The translations under genes and the position numbers were made by a program. The notes beneath the pieces are model-generated. The model was not told the origin of the DNA. It ran no database searches and saw nothing but the letters and a program-made list of their open reading frames with translations. A stretch of 51,306 nt of DNA, counting the filler, from Perkinsus olseni (Eukaryota): the NCBI GenBank assembly GCA_013115125.1. It is 2 parts of 2 records of this genome, joined end to end, with 100 filler letters (N's around TTAATTAATTAA, not from the genome) between each part and the next. Parts side by side here need not be neighbours in the genome. Positions count along the whole stretch, not along the records: positions 25,712 to 51,306 come from JABANN010000494.1; 1 more part is not named here. One strand, written 5' to 3'. Below are positions 49,488 through 51,306 of this stretch, in pieces; position 1 is the stretch's first letter; each line of letters begins with the position of its first letter.

Positions 49488-50120
49488 ATGCCGGCCTTTA
49501 AAGGTGATGGAAACTACATCGCAGACGGCGGCGCTATTCTGCAGAAGCTTTGGGAAGGTCACAAGTGGAAAGAGATCAAAAACTGCCCCGGTCGTTATGT
49601 ATCACCACGCAACAAAACGATATGTAGCTTAACTCCGACGGAGGTACTCGACAGCCTTATTGGCTCGGTGCGGTGGGCCCCAGTGACTTCCACGACTACC
49701 CTGTCGGCCGTTGAAGGTCGTCTTGGATCCCGTGTTATATTCCGAGGAGCTCACATGACTGCTACTACCAGCAAAGACGCTTGTTGGTTTTTCGCGTTCT
49801 TTGATGGTGGAGGATCTTGTTCAGTTGAACAAGATTGAGAGATGGATCCTCAACGTGTTGTCATTCCTTGACGATGCTTCCCAGAATGGTGGAGCATACC
49901 CGTTGATAGTGGCAACGAAAAAATTCCTCAGGTATTTCTGATAACTGACCTTTGAGTTTGTTGAGTCAATCTATGGAGATGTGCAGCGGTCATCCTCAAC
50001 ACGGAGTCTGTAGGCACTTTGCTGTGATTAATTACTGATGTCAACAGAAGTGCGTACAGCCGAGAACAAACCCTCCGCTCGCTTGGACTAACACAAGACC
50101 TGGGCGTCCTGACCGGATAA
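49488..50120 (+). CDS. Conserved hypothetical protein with WKEIxNCPGRY motif
   Basis: LWEGHKWKEIKNCPGRYV..FFAFFDGG in the first exon. Later segments VILNTES and TLRSLGLTQDLGVLTG*. Confidence 0.55.
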
Positions 50121-50291
50121 CCGCTTGTATGGTGCTAAGACTAATACCACTGTTCCCCCACTATAGTCACTAACGTGTTATCAGAAAAAGAATGATATTG
50201 ACGAAAGACAGCCGCCGTGACGACAGCCATCAGTCGATTTGCCAGAGTGCTTCTCCCGTGCTCAGCGAGGACCACGTGACAGCAACAAAGG

Positions 50292-50780
50292 TTAGTACCA
50301 ATACCTGTTGAACGGAGAACAATATGTAACAAGCCATGCGCAAAAAACTGCTCACCTCGATCGAGTACCCTCTTCCACGTCGTTCTTGCACATTAAGAAG
50401 CCCGTATACCACATCAGAGAAGGTATCAAGAAGTCGGACCACTTCGTAAAACGCCAGAAGTATCTAGAATTACAGTCGTGTACGGAGGACATTCCAGCCA
50501 AGACGAGGCATACCTGGTCGGAAGATTCCACCACCACTGGAAGAAGATCTTCTGCTGCATCGGAGAAACACCTTGCTGGATCTGTCCGCCTGGCACCTGA
50601 CCACAGTCGGATTGCCCAGAGCAACTGGCTATTTTCTCATGGGCTAACCTGAAAGCGTCCTCGCCAGAAGTTCTTCGACTCGGGCGGAACAGGATAACTT
50701 CCGAGTCGTCTGATATCACGCTTGGTATTCGGGCGCATAGGGCCCACTGCACGGGCGCTCGCACGCACTAGATTAACCAT
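50292..50780 (-). CDS. QCR8: Cytochrome bc1 subunit 8, myzozoan type (4 exons)
   Basis: Spliced MVNLVRAS..RRLGSYPVPPESKNFWRGRFQVPGGQIQQGVSPMQQKIFFQWWWNLPTRYFWRF..NDVEEGTRSRYWY*. Matches my recollection of apicomplexan QCR8 motifs (LGSYPVxPE, GGxIQQxxSP, DVEE..YWY). Confidence 0.8.
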
Positions 50781-51306
50781 TGCGGTCTCAAATAAAAAGC
50801 CACCCTGAAGGGAAACTTGACAGGTGGTTCATCAAAAAATTCACGCGAACCCGCAATGCGAATAGACATTTGATAAGGAACTCCGGCAGGCAATGCCCTC
50901 GAAAGAGTTCACCGGTGCAATCGAGCGCGACGGAGTTGAACTTAAACGAATGAAAACGAAAATTTGCAACCCGCGAGTTCCTGCCTAGAATAAACCGACG
51001 CGGTTTAACGCCTGAACTGCGAGAATGAACGACGCTTATTGGGAACGACTTGCTACCGGCTAACGAAGCTAGCAGTATTTCACGCTAAAAGGTCGCGAAC
51101 AGTCGCGCAGCTGCAGTCGCCACTCCTTCCCAAGGCTACGTCATGCTCTATGTCTATGCTTCCTACCTAACTGGATCTTGCCCGGACGGTTCAGCATTTT
51201 TCGATTAGCGCGCGCCATGACGATCGATTGAAACGCGTGTTGTAGTTCCATGGAGACCCTGTGTTGTTTGATGAACCCGAAGCCATGGTGAGTGAATGAT
51301 AACAGA

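Noticed and set aside
50785-50940. snRNA on the minus strand (AATTTTTTG Sm-like site, ATTGCAC)
   Set aside because: No U1 ACTTACCTG or U5 loop. The segment is better explained as the 5' UTR and a GT-AG intron of QCR8.

Overview
This is eukaryotic, intron-rich DNA, most likely from a Perkinsus-type (myzozoan alveolate) protist. That assignment is inferred from a Pfmrk-like CDK, a myzozoan-type QCR8, many 43-60 nt introns and occasional GC donors. The ORF track is mostly exon fragments, so genes were spliced by eye and boundaries are approximate. 1-12.2 kb holds two unidentified genes, a MORN-repeat gene, FEN1 and a CDK7/MRK kinase, with longer introns carrying recurring motifs and tRNA-like relics. 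12.2-25.6 kb is an accessory island. It contains a foldback-like element, a decayed tyrosine-recombinase (DIRS-type) retrotransposon, paired inverted ~290-bp elements, an intronless secreted-protein gene, a pseudogenised 3' copy of the kinase, a secreted His-brace (LPMO-like) protein gene, and a RecQ gene interrupted by a hAT transposon. An assembly gap with a six-frame-stop linker and a decaying tandem tRNA-Ile(UAU) array follow. 26.5-51 kb is a compact housekeeping block: Vps51-like, SRP72, asparagine synthetase, LSm7, DDX51/Dbp6, ribophorin I, ABCD transporter, V-ATPase c'', two hypotheticals and QCR8. The most interesting candidate is the LPMO-like secreted copper protein at 20704-21423.
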